Source: a virus
Lineage: Duplodnaviria; Caudoviricetes
IMG/VR virus record: IMGVR_UViG_3300029288_005871
Span: 18,384 to 82,383 of that record
Length of the DNA stretch: 64,000 nucleotides
Strand: one strand, 5' to 3'
The notes under the pieces were generated by a model, which saw only the letters and a program-made list of their open reading frames with translations, was not told the DNA's origin and did no database searches. This document shows, piece by piece, positions 28,866 through 37,217 of this stretch; position 1 is the stretch's first letter, and each line of letters starts with the position of its first letter. The position numbers were made by a program, and so were the translations under genes.

Positions 28866-30482
28866 TCACCAAATACCACCTCCCGCAAAAGATTCTAAAA
28901 CAACCGCTTTTTTGTTTTCAACATCAGTATCAAAAAACTTCAGGTCAACACTACCTACCGCATTACCCTTGGTCTTGGAAACATAAAGCCAGCCATTATC
29001 AGTCATCTTGATCTTATGGGGATCATCAGCATCTTTTTGCCTGACTACAATCAAAACATCAGTCGAGTCCTGCTTGAAGGAAGCGGAACCGGCTATATCG
29101 TCAGAAGTCGGAGCAGTTTCTTTCTTTTGCTCTTTAGCCCTTTTCCTCAGATGGGCGATAACCATGATGGCCATCTTTTTTTCCTTGGTGATAAACCTCA
29201 ACCTTTTTAAGACATTCGCCTGCTCCTGCAAATAATTAGACCTGTCGGTAACAAAATAACCGATATGGTCGATAATAACCAAGTCATAATGCTCCTCCAA
29301 AGAATTTATCGTCTTTTCCAGATCCTGGATGTTCTCAATATCCCTGTCAACAAACAGGTCGATATAACTTTCCTTATCAGCTAAATCCTCCTTGGCCAAC
29401 TCCCTGTATGGCTTATCCAGCCTGATTGATGCCAGCATCTCCACAATCTTGTTCCCTGTTTCTAAAGCAATATACAGGACTTTTTTCTTCTGCCTGGCGA
29501 CATTGACAGCAAAATTACAAGCCATAGTGGTCTTACCGACATTAGTATCGCCGGTAAAACAGTAAAGGTTGCCAGGAATAAACCCGACTATCAGGTCATC
29601 TAAAGAAGGAAACCCTGTCTTGGGAGCTATCTTCTCGAATTCCCTTTCTTTTAACCTCTCTTCTACTACCTCTGATACCTTTCTGGGAACCTTACTGGTA
29701 TTTTTCTTGTTTAGGTCATAATACCTGACTGCCTGCCTGAAAATCGTGTCTACCTCATGCTGTGTTAATGGCGGGGTATAATTTCTGCCAATGTTAACCA
29801 CCATGTCATAAACATTCCTCTTGTCAAGCCTGTTAAGAAGGCTTCTTGCCAGCCTGAATAAACCATCATTTCTCTCCCCTGCTCCCAAAAACAGGTAGTC
29901 GTTGATGTTAACCAGACTACTGGTCAGTCTTTTAACTTCTCCAGCAACCTCTGGTGTTGAGGAAAGCGATGGCATGTTTTTTAAGTTTTCCTTTGTCGGC
30001 GGGAAAACCCATTCGTATTTCAACTCTTGGTTGTCAACTTTCCTAATGGTTGGCGGAATGATGACATAGCCTCCTTCGCTCCTGACATCAATGTTTTTTC
30101 CGGCAATATTTACCCTGTTGCCATAACCTTCTTCAAACTTCAGGAAGAAATGCCTGCCGCCGGTTCCAGTCCTGCTGATCACCGTAGATTTCATCTTAGT
30201 GACTAGATCGTTGGACAAACCGCTTTTTTTAGCACTGTCATCGTCTATAACCATAATGCCGGATAACTTTCCGGTGATTACTGCCACCCCATGTTCTGTT
30301 TCGGAAAACCACTTCTCTAACTCCTCGTCTGAAGCCAACCTGCTTCTATAGGGAACAACTTCGGCAATGGCTGGTGTCTTATTGTTGTTGACCGGAAAGA
30401 CCGACCATCCGATTTCCTTATACCTTTTCGCCCATTTGTAAACTTGGTTCATACAATACCTTTCTCTTTGAGTGATGCCCAA
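28866..30482 (-). CDS. Prim-Pol primase fused to DnaB-like helicase
   Basis: GWSVFPV, MVIDDD, TGTGGRHFF, IDVRSEGGYVIIPP, GERND; GDTNVGKT, IIDH. Confidence 0.9.
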   Translation of the reverse strand: MGITQRERYCMNQVYKWAKRYKEIGWSVFPVNNNKTPAIAEVVPYRSRLASDEELEKWFSETEHGVAVITGKLSGIMVIDDDSAKKSGLSNDLVTKMKSTVISRTGTGGRHFFLKFEEGYGNRVNIAGKNIDVRSEGGYVIIPPTIRKVDNQELKYEWVFPPTKENLKNMPSLSSTPEVAGEVKRLTSSLVNINDYLFLGAGERNDGLFRLARSLLNRLDKRNVYDMVVNIGRNYTPPLTQHEVDTIFRQAVRYYDLNKKNTSKVPRKVSEVVEERLKEREFEKIAPKTGFPSLDDLIVGFIPGNLYCFTGDTNVGKTTMACNFAVNVARQKKKVLYIALETGNKIVEMLASIRLDKPYRELAKEDLADKESYIDLFVDRDIENIQDLEKTINSLEEHYDLVIIDHIGYFVTDRSNYLQEQANVLKRLRFITKEKKMAIMVIAHLRKRAKEQKKETAPTSDDIAGSASFKQDSTDVLIVVRQKDADDPHKIKMTDNGWLYVSKTKGNAVGSVDLKFFDTDVENKKAVVLESFAGGGIW

Positions 30483-31363
30483 TAACGGTCATACCTGTCC
30501 CTCATGCCGCCTTTTTCTGGGTGGAAACTCTTAATCGCAAAAGACTGGAACTCATCCCATTCTGGAATATGACCTCTGGTAACATCCATATTCAACCAAC
30601 GGGTGAGGGTAAAATACATCGTCTTATGCCTTGGATACAACCGCTTCATCTCTCCTCCTTTAACCAGTTCCAAAAGCTCGGAATGCTTTCTCAAAACATA
30701 TTCCAACCAGATACGGTTATTGCAGGCAATGTTATAAAGTTCCTGGTTGGTACAGGGAACCATGGCTGTTTTTGCGGAAAGAGGTTCACTTTCAACATTT
30801 ACCTTTTTCTTTTTTATGTTGTTTTTTTGTTTGACTGAATTGGGGGAACCGTTTGTGGAAAGGGGGCTTTTTTGGAGGGGTAATATGTATTTTACAAGAG
30901 GGGGGGTATTATTAATATATATGGGGGGAGATTTAGGGGAACCTTTTTTGCCAGCTAGTAGGCTTTTTCCTACTAGTAGGCTTTTTCCTACTACCCCCTT
31001 GGAATAAGAATGGGGCTTTATAAAGCCAAAAACCCTGCCTACTAGTAGGCTTTTTCCTACTACCCATCGAGAATATGTTGTATTGAAGCTCCAAACCTTA
31101 GTACCTAGTAGGCTTTTTCCTACTAGTAGGCTTTTTCCTACTAGCTGATCCAAAATTTCCTTTACTGACGGTCTGGAGATGTGGGTAAGTTTTTGAAAAT
31201 CTGTCAAAGAAATGGCATTTTCTTTTTTACCTTCTCCAAGTGTTTTTAAAAGCACCACCCAAATGACTTTCCATTCATTTCCAGACAAATGGAGAGAACA
31301 TAGCTTTTCAGCTATTTTAGGAGATATAACGATACTGCCATTTTCTATCTGGGCATTTTCCAT
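30449..31363 (-). CDS. phage replication initiator (lambda O-like)
   Basis: N-terminal wHTH LS..EWKV...L.KT.G..K; internal iterons. Confidence 0.75.
   Translation of the reverse strand: MENAQIENGSIVISPKIAEKLCSLHLSGNEWKVIWVVLLKTLGEGKKENAISLTDFQKLTHISRPSVKEILDQLVGKSLLVGKSLLGTKVWSFNTTYSRWVVGKSLLVGRVFGFIKPHSYSKGVVGKSLLVGKSLLAGKKGSPKSPPIYINNTPPLVKYILPLQKSPLSTNGSPNSVKQKNNIKKKKVNVESEPLSAKTAMVPCTNQELYNIACNNRIWLEYVLRKHSELLELVKGGEMKRLYPRHKTMYFTLTRWLNMDVTRGHIPEWDEFQSFAIKSFHPEKGGMRDRYDRYWASLKEKGIV
30955..31140. repeat. five 18-bp iterons CTAGTAGGCTTTTTCCTA (putative origin)
   Basis: Copies at 30955, 30973, 31042, 31105, 31123 inside the initiator gene. Confidence 0.85.
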
Positions 31364-31389
31364 AAGAATAGAAAACTTTAAGTTATAAA

Positions 31390-31593
31390 TTACTGAATGT
31401 TATCAGGATTACCTTCCTCTTTATCTGTCCGTCCCACATTGCTTTCTACAATAATCCCTGTCTTTTGGTCTATAACAACAATACCTTTTCCATAACATGC
31501 CTGACAGGTTATTGTTCCGTATTTAAGCGTGCCAAAGCCGTTACAAAGGCCGCATTTCTGATTAATAAATCTTGGTAAGGATGTATTTTCCAT
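31390..31593 (-). CDS. DnaJ-type Zn-finger small protein
   Basis: CGLCNGFG...CQACYGKG. Confidence 0.7.
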   Translation of the reverse strand: MENTSLPRFINQKCGLCNGFGTLKYGTITCQACYGKGIVVIDQKTGIIVESNVGRTDKEEGNPDNIQ

Positions 31594-31651
31594 GTCTGTC
31601 TTTCCTTTCTTGGAATAATAATAAAACTCTTTCTTTTAACTTGTCAATAGG

Positions 31652-31864
31652 TTAAAGAATATTTTCATTAACATAGGTTTTTATTTCTTTCTCTGTCCAC
31701 TTCCTGCCTTTATTTTTATCCTTCCATGGCCTGCCTTCTTTCGGGTGTATTTCGGGTAAAGAGATTTCTTTTACTTCATTTTCTTTAACTTTATGTTTTA
31801 AATGTAATGATGCACCTATCTTGTCTATTAATTTTTTAAGATGTTTTTTTTCAGATTCTTCCAT
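31652..31864 (-). CDS. hypothetical protein
   Basis: ORF track. Confidence 0.55.
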   Translation of the reverse strand: MEESEKKHLKKLIDKIGASLHLKHKVKENEVKEISLPEIHPKEGRPWKDKNKGRKWTEKEIKTYVNENIL

Positions 31865-32105
31865 AATTAAAATTTACGGGGCGGGCAAGGCTTTTTTTCC
31901 TTGAGATTAAAAATTATAAATGCAACGAACATTGCTACATGATACAACTGATATTTAACCCGCCCCGCTTACCTTGTACCGTAGGATACAAGGCTATCTG
32001 CCCATGGAAGGTTTTGAAGAACCTTCCTTCCCGAACAAATGTGTATATTTATTCGGGCTTTTAAAGAAACAACTTTTTAGATCAAGTTATTTCCTTAGAA
32101 GCTTT

Positions 32106-32681
32106 TTAGAAAGCATTATTATATAACTTTTGTCCTAAGTAAGTTATAACATTAACTGTAACCGCATTTCCACACATCTTGTATCTTTGCGTGTCGCTTA
32201 TAAGTTCCCCGTCTGTACCATATTTAGTCCAGTTATCAGGAAAACCCTGTAAGCGTTCACATTCAATAGGTGTTAATCTTCTAATAGACATTCCCTGTTT
32301 AATTCCGCCAGTATTTGCCCCATCTACAGTAAAAGAATAATCGCCTTTAATATTTTTCTGGTTGCGTTGTAAAAATTTAAGTGGATGTCTTTTCGGTTGG
32401 TTGTTTTCAACAACATATTGATTACCATTTTTTTGTCCTAATCTTCTTGTTTTTTGTGAAATGAGTTCAAATTCAGCCACATAAGATCCTGTCGTATTCC
32501 CTTTCCAATATTGGGCTTTGATTGTATTGGCAACATTTTTACATCCCGATATTTTTCCGTTAAATTCCTTGTCATCGTTTCCGATAGGAAATACTTTTGG
32601 TCGGGGTTGTCCTCTAAGATTTCCGATAATGAACACTCTTTCCCTATTCTGTGGGACGCCGAAATTCTTGCTGTTAAGCAC
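32106..32681 (-). CDS. C5-cytosine DNA methyltransferase, C-terminal part (motifs VIII-X)
   Basis: QNRERVFI, RRLTPIECERLQGFPD, GNAV; in frame with the N-part across one TAA. Confidence 0.85.
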   Translation of the reverse strand: MLNSKNFGVPQNRERVFIIGNLRGQPRPKVFPIGNDDKEFNGKISGCKNVANTIKAQYWKGNTTGSYVAEFELISQKTRRLGQKNGNQYVVENNQPKRHPLKFLQRNQKNIKGDYSFTVDGANTGGIKQGMSIRRLTPIECERLQGFPDNWTKYGTDGELISDTQRYKMCGNAVTVNVITYLGQKLYNNAF

Positions 32682-33157
32682 TTACCATTGGACATCATAC
32701 CCAAGCTCAGTAAGCGTGGCGAGGATGGTTTTGAAAGTTCTGCCAGAGTCATGAGATAGCAGTCCTTTGACGTTTTCCAGTAAACACAGTCTTGGCTGCT
32801 TCTTCTTGAGAATCCGAGCGATGTCAAAGAATAGTGTTCCTCTGGTGTCGTTAAATCCCCCCCGTTTGCCAGCAATACTAAAGCTCTGGCAAGGAAATCC
32901 CCCGCATAAGAGGTCGTGATCGGGGATATCGGAAGCAGGGACAGTTGTGATGTCATGGGTGTCGCACTCCCCGAAGTGTTTTTTGTAGACTGAGGCTGCG
33001 TATTTGTCCCACTCGTTTGAGTAGACACAACTAAAGGCATTGCTGCTTTCCCTCCCCTTTTGGCCGGAGTTAATGTCGGGCTTATCCCCGTCTGGTCGTA
33101 TATCATCCCTGCTTGTCCGTTGCTCTTGTATATGTTCCCCAGCTTTTTCAAGTCCAT
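32438..33157 (-). CDS. alternative-frame ORF nested in the methyltransferase gene
   Basis: 239 codons; SD AGGAGG 8 nt upstream; contains GNIY...GQAG..YD..GISPTL and SLSEILED..D.KYFLS, which resemble phage MTase variable-region segments. Confidence 0.6.
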   Translation of the reverse strand: MDLKKLGNIYKSNGQAGMIYDQTGISPTLTPAKRGGKAAMPLVVSTQTSGTNTQPQSTKNTSGSATPMTSQLSLLPISPITTSYAGDFLARALVLLANGGDLTTPEEHYSLTSLGFSRRSSQDCVYWKTSKDCYLMTLAELSKPSSPRLLSLGMMSNGKCLTARISASHRIGKECSLSEILEDNPDQKYFLSETMTRNLTEKYRDVKMLPIQSKPNIGKGIRQDLMWLNLNSFHKKQED

Positions 33158-33209
33158 ATCTGAATCCTCCTATTCCAGCAAATAAATCTATAAATCTGAT
33201 TTTTTTCAT
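32682..33209 (-). CDS. C5-cytosine DNA methyltransferase, N-terminal part (motifs I-VII)
   Basis: DLFAGIGG, GGFPCQSFS, ENVKGL; ends YDVQW*. Confidence 0.88.
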   Translation of the reverse strand: MKKIRFIDLFAGIGGFRYGLEKAGEHIQEQRTSRDDIRPDGDKPDINSGQKGRESSNAFSCVYSNEWDKYAASVYKKHFGECDTHDITTVPASDIPDHDLLCGGFPCQSFSIAGKRGGFNDTRGTLFFDIARILKKKQPRLCLLENVKGLLSHDSGRTFKTILATLTELGYDVQW

Positions 33210-33766
33210 TCTACCAGTTTCTTCAACAATTCTACTTCAGTTTCGTTTTCTTTTCCACAGTTATGGCTTGAACAGAGATAGAGAACTCTTTCCTTTTTAC
33301 CTTCTGATTCATAAACAGTTACCTTGTAGATTCCTATGGCTTCTTTCAGGCAGAATTTGGCTTGGCATTTATGCTGTTTAAGTGTAGTTTGTGGTTCTGG
33401 AGTTTCTATAACAGGTTGTAGAACGCTGTTTATAGGAACTGGAGGTATCTGGTCAGTTTTAGCTTCATCTGCATTGATCTGATGCAACTTGTTAGAGTTT
33501 TTATCACCTTGCATTGATTTAATGTCATCAATCTGATGCAAATTATTAGAATAATTATTAGTCTGCATCAATCTGATGCCATTGATCTGATGACTGGCAT
33601 TAATCTGATGCACTTCTTGTCTTAAAGCCTCTTTTAACTCTTTTGTTAAGTTAAAATTACGAATTAAATGAAGAATAAAGTCATTAATTGATATAAATCC
33701 ATCATCTTTAAAATGTTCTTTAATCTTGGAATAATATTCATCTGGAATATTGATAGTTGTTCTCAT
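33206..33766 (-). CDS. ribbon-helix-helix DNA-binding protein with repeat-encoded middle and C-terminal Cys motifs
   Basis: MRTTINIPDE...I...F...G..S.NDFI..LIR. Confidence 0.7.
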   Translation of the reverse strand: MRTTINIPDEYYSKIKEHFKDDGFISINDFILHLIRNFNLTKELKEALRQEVHQINASHQINGIRLMQTNNYSNNLHQIDDIKSMQGDKNSNKLHQINADEAKTDQIPPVPINSVLQPVIETPEPQTTLKQHKCQAKFCLKEAIGIYKVTVYESEGKKERVLYLCSSHNCGKENETEVELLKKLVE

Positions 33767-33874
33767 AATTTAGTCTGCATCGATCTGATGCAACCTGTCA
33801 GTTTAGCTTTAAAAGCATTAATCTGATGCAAGTATTATTATCTTGCATCAATCTGATGCCATTGATCTGATGCA
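33470..33874. repeat. nine copies of ATCTGATG core, full form TGCATYRATCTGATGCA
   Basis: Cores at about 33477, 33531, 33571, 33585, 33603, 33783, 33821, 33851, 33865. Confidence 0.9.
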
Positions 33875-33884
33875 ACCTGTCAGT

Positions 33885-34058
33885 TTAAATCTTGTTAATT
33901 GATTTTAATGATTCTTGTTTTTTTAATTCTTTCTCTTTAGAAATATCTTTACGAATAAGATCAAGAATATAAGAAGAAAAGGTTGTATAGCCTTCTACAG
34001 GAAGTCTTTCTTTGATTTCAGAAGCAAATTCATTAGGAATAGTAAGAGATATTCTCAT
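33885..34058 (-). CDS. second RHH protein (57 aa, not in track)
   Basis: MRISLTIPNEFASEIKERLPVEGYTTFSSYILDLIRKDI, paralogous to the N-terminus of 33206..33766. Confidence 0.7.
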   Translation of the reverse strand: MRISLTIPNEFASEIKERLPVEGYTTFSSYILDLIRKDISKEKELKKQESLKSINKI

Positions 34059-34481
34059 GAGTGCTTATTATAACACCAAATTTACACATCTGTCAATAAG
34101 TAACCTATTACATCTTGTCATTACCTTTTGGAAGAATCTGGCACAGATTTGGAGGAATCCACCTTACCTTGACTGTAGATATTTTTTGTATTTCAGGGGG
34201 TAGGGGTGTCATGTTCATGACGTAAATTAAATAATTTACGACATAGTTTTAGCTTTGATTTAATTATTTTATTTATTATTTATATATAAATAATCTTATA
34301 ATAATCTTTTAAAGTTTTATTTTTTTAAGATATCTTATATATATTGTACGATATATTAAAGATTAAAATAAATATAGTTATTCCTTTAATTTCTTTTTGT
34401 AACAATCTATTTTTATCATTTTAAATACTATAGGTAAAATAGGCTTTTTTATTATTCTTTTTTTTAGCTTCAATTTGCCTA

Positions 34482-34510
34482 TTGACAGGTTGATTTTCCT
34501 ATGTTATATT
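34482..34510 (+). promoter_or_regulatory. sigma70 promoter opening the rightward block
   Basis: TTGACA-N17-TATATT with extended TG. Confidence 0.75.
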
Positions 34511-34554
34511 ATATAAGAGATTAAAAGTTATAAGTTTAAGAAAGCACTAAAAAC

Positions 34555-34749
34555 ATGATACAATTTATAGATTTCATACCTCATATTTTAATAGTATTAT
34601 TCTTTTTTATCCTCATAGTAACAGGTATCAACAGCGTTGATTATAGACCTCAACAGCTTAAACCCAATTATTCCAAGAAAAACAAAAAGACTACCAGGCT
34701 TATTCCCATTCATTCAAAGGACGGGCTTACTTATCTTGAATTAAATTAA
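34555..34749 (+). CDS. small membrane protein
   Basis: N-terminal TM. Confidence 0.55.
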   Translation: MIQFIDFIPHILIVLFFFILIVTGINSVDYRPQQLKPNYSKKNKKTTRLIPIHSKDGLTYLELN

Positions 34750-34754
34750 ACAAG

Positions 34755-34940
34755 GTGGTGATATTTATGGACTATGTACATATAAACATTAAAGTATCTA
34801 GGAATTCATCAAATAAGCTAGGAATTATTATTTTATCAATCTTTACTATTTATATGCTTTGTCAATTCAGCAGAGCATGGGGCAGTAAAGAAGGTTACAC
34901 ACAAGCTATAAATGAGTTAAGAATAGAACAAGGCAAGTAA
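34755..34940 (+). CDS. small membrane protein
   Basis: Central TM; followed by a conserved hairpin. Confidence 0.55.
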   Translation: MVIFMDYVHINIKVSRNSSNKLGIIILSIFTIYMLCQFSRAWGSKEGYTQAINELRIEQGK

Positions 34941-35062
34941 AGCTTTGACTATTGGCTTCGTATTCTTAACATACGAGGCCAAAAGCTAAAACTTTAAAAA
35001 CTAGCACATTAATAATTTAATACTATCAACCCTATAAACTAGAGCAAGCGGGAAGGATTAAA

Positions 35063-35152
35063 ATGTCTAAAAAAGACTATACAAAAATAGCGGATATCTT
35101 TAAAAATAACCGCTTTAATAGTAGAAAATTTAAAGAGTATATAGAACAATAA
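35063..35152 (+). CDS. 29-aa ORF (not in track)
   Basis: GGAAGG SD; MSKKDYTKIADIFKNNRFNSRKFKEYIEQ. Confidence 0.5.
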   Translation: MSKKDYTKIADIFKNNRFNSRKFKEYIEQ

Positions 35153-35293
35153 GCAGATTATAAACTTACCTATCTAGTGGTGAGCTTGTCGAACCATTAA
35201 ATAGGCTCATTACAAAAAGTTATAAATCGCTTGCTCTGATTTATGGGGTTGATAATCACTGGCAGATATAAGGGTATAGCGGGAAGGTAAAAC

Positions 35294-35596
35294 ATGACTG
35301 AATACTATAAATTAGTTATTGATAAAACAGCTCGACCAATGGGAAATAATAAGGAATGGTCAAGATACGATCAGGAAATAAAATACTTTAAAAGTATAGA
35401 GGAAGCAAAAAAATATGTAAAAGATCAATATTTTTATTGCAAAACAAAGTACAAAACTTTTAATGATAATGAAGAAGGCCAAACTGGTTGGATTTATGCT
35501 TTTAAAAGTGATCCCGCTAGTTATGATGATTGTAAACATTATGAACAACACTGGATAAACTTATTTAGAATACATTCAAAACCATGTTTATTCTAA
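35294..35596 (+). CDS. hypothetical protein
   Basis: GGAAGG SD; enclosed by IR pair 2. Confidence 0.75.
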   Translation: MTEYYKLVIDKTARPMGNNKEWSRYDQEIKYFKSIEEAKKYVKDQYFYCKTKYKTFNDNEEGQTGWIYAFKSDPASYDDCKHYEQHWINLFRIHSKPCLF

Positions 35597-35671
35597 AACA
35601 TTTATAGCTATACCCTTATATCTGCTAGTGATACTTATATCTTTATACCTGGCAAGCTAGGAAGGAAAACC

Positions 35672-35992
35672 ATGCACAACGAAACAATAAACATATGGAC
35701 TGCTGGAGCGTTAGAAACCCGTAAAATATCTATTGTAAACAATGCAACCGATATTTTAGAGCTGATAAAAATAGGCAAGAAGCTAAATAATTTCTATACC
35801 CATTCATGTAATGGGTATAATTCAGAGAAATATGATCGTTTAGCTTTAAAATGGGAGAAAAAAGCCCAAGAGATAACCAAACGTATGAAAGTATATATTT
35901 ACTTTCAAACTGACCCAAGAGGCGGAACTATCTATATAGATAATAAACCAATACCAAACAATAATTATACGCAAGCTGTATTTTTAGGATAA
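35672..35992 (+). CDS. hypothetical protein
   Basis: GGAAGG SD; YFQTDPRG motif; enclosed by IR pair 3. Confidence 0.75.
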   Translation: MHNETINIWTAGALETRKISIVNNATDILELIKIGKKLNNFYTHSCNGYNSEKYDRLALKWEKKAQEITKRMKVYIYFQTDPRGGTIYIDNKPIPNNNYTQAVFLG

Positions 35993-36122
35993 TAAATAAG
36001 CCTTGCGGGATAGCTTGAGTTCGCAAGGCTTCAAGCTATCCAATAAAAAACAATATTAAAACATTAAATAGCTTGCCAGATATAAAGATATAACAATATA
36101 AACAAAAGGGAGGTGATTATAT

Positions 36123-36731
36123 ATGATTTTAGATAAAAAAATTATGGGTGTTTGTTCGATAGCTTCAACAGATGAAACACGGCCTATTCTAACAGGTGTA
36201 TTACTAAAAGATAACAAGGCTATTGCAACGGACGGTTATTCACTTATTGAAACAGAATTGCCACATATTGACAATGTGGAAACTAAACTGCCTCCAACGG
36301 GCAACCAATATATAAACGGCGAAACCATGCTTATATCAGCTGTGCAATTATCTAAAGTTCTTACTAATATTCCGAACAAACCGAAGCTACCTATTTTAGG
36401 TTACGCTTGGACTGCTAAAAGTTCAAATGAAAAAACCGTTAAAATTGTATCAAGCGACTTGGAAACAACAAACGCACCGGAAATAATGACTATTGAAGGT
36501 AATTATCCAGATTATAACAAAGTTAAACCTGTAACAGAAGTTAAAGCTAAAATAACGGTAAACGCTAAATATCTTATAAAGCTTTTACAGGCTGTCATTA
36601 AAACAGATCCCGATCAAATCAATAATATTGTAACAATCGAGGTTCGATCAGAAAAAGAACCAATAGTTATCAAAAACGGTAACGGGGAAAATTCAAAAAC
36701 TTATGCTATGCAAATGCCTTGCAGAGTTTAA
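36123..36731 (+). CDS. DNA polymerase III beta-clamp-like protein (short, about two domains)
   Basis: ASTDETRPILTGV, IATDGY.L, EGNYPDY..V.P, VNAKYL. Confidence 0.75.
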   Translation: MILDKKIMGVCSIASTDETRPILTGVLLKDNKAIATDGYSLIETELPHIDNVETKLPPTGNQYINGETMLISAVQLSKVLTNIPNKPKLPILGYAWTAKSSNEKTVKIVSSDLETTNAPEIMTIEGNYPDYNKVKPVTEVKAKITVNAKYLIKLLQAVIKTDPDQINNIVTIEVRSEKEPIVIKNGNGENSKTYAMQMPCRV

Positions 36732-36904
36732 GGCTTTACTATAACCATCTGTTACAGGTGGTTATAGATAAAATCTTAAATTTCTAAAATTAAAATAATG
36801 CTAGTAAAACCTTATAGTAAATTTAGGCTCAAAGCTAAAGGCAACCGAAATCCCGTCCTACAGCTTTTAGGCCACTAGCCTATAGAATTGGAGGTGATTA
36901 AATT

Positions 36905-37084
36905 ATGGACTACTATTATAGACAATACTTAAAAAGGCATAATCTTGACCAAACCACTACATCAACTAATAAGTCAATAGACGTATACAAACAACTAAGC
37001 GACTACGATAAACCTAAAAAAGAAAGATGGCTTGATAGCGCAATCAACAAGATCAATAACGGCTACCTGATCGAGACTTATTGA
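36905..37084 (+). CDS. small hypothetical protein (59 aa, not in track)
   Basis: GGAGGTGA RBS; MDYYYRQYLKRH... Confidence 0.6.
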   Translation: MDYYYRQYLKRHNLDQTTTSTNKSIDVYKQLSDYDKPKKERWLDSAINKINNGYLIETY

Positions 37085-37091
37085 CTACCAT

Positions 37092-37130
37092 AAAACCACT
37101 GGCTATTTTTAATCCGGCTGGTGGTTTTTT
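37092..37130 (+). terminator. intrinsic terminator
   Basis: AAAACCAC...GTGGTTTTTT hairpin with U-tract. Confidence 0.55.
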
Positions 37131-37157
37131 ATTCCTTCTTTTACCTTGCTCTACCTC

Positions 37158-37186
37158 TTGACTTTCTTATTATAATATGTTATTAT
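37158..37186 (+). promoter_or_regulatory. sigma70 promoter
   Basis: TTGACT-N17-TATTAT with TG. Confidence 0.65.
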
Positions 37187-37217
37187 ACTTACAACAATAG
37201 TTTAATGGTTTTAAAAC

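Larger units (their letters stand above)
35024..36093 (+). repeat. three adjacent long inverted-repeat pairs, each enclosing one ORF
   Basis: 35024-35050/35228-35254 (27 bp), 35255-35280/35607-35632 (26 bp), 35635-35659/36069-36093 (25 bp). Confidence 0.9.

Noticed and set aside
32682-32684. Genome-wide TAA-to-Gln recoding
   Set aside because: Many clear genes terminate at TAA; this is the only in-frame case I found.
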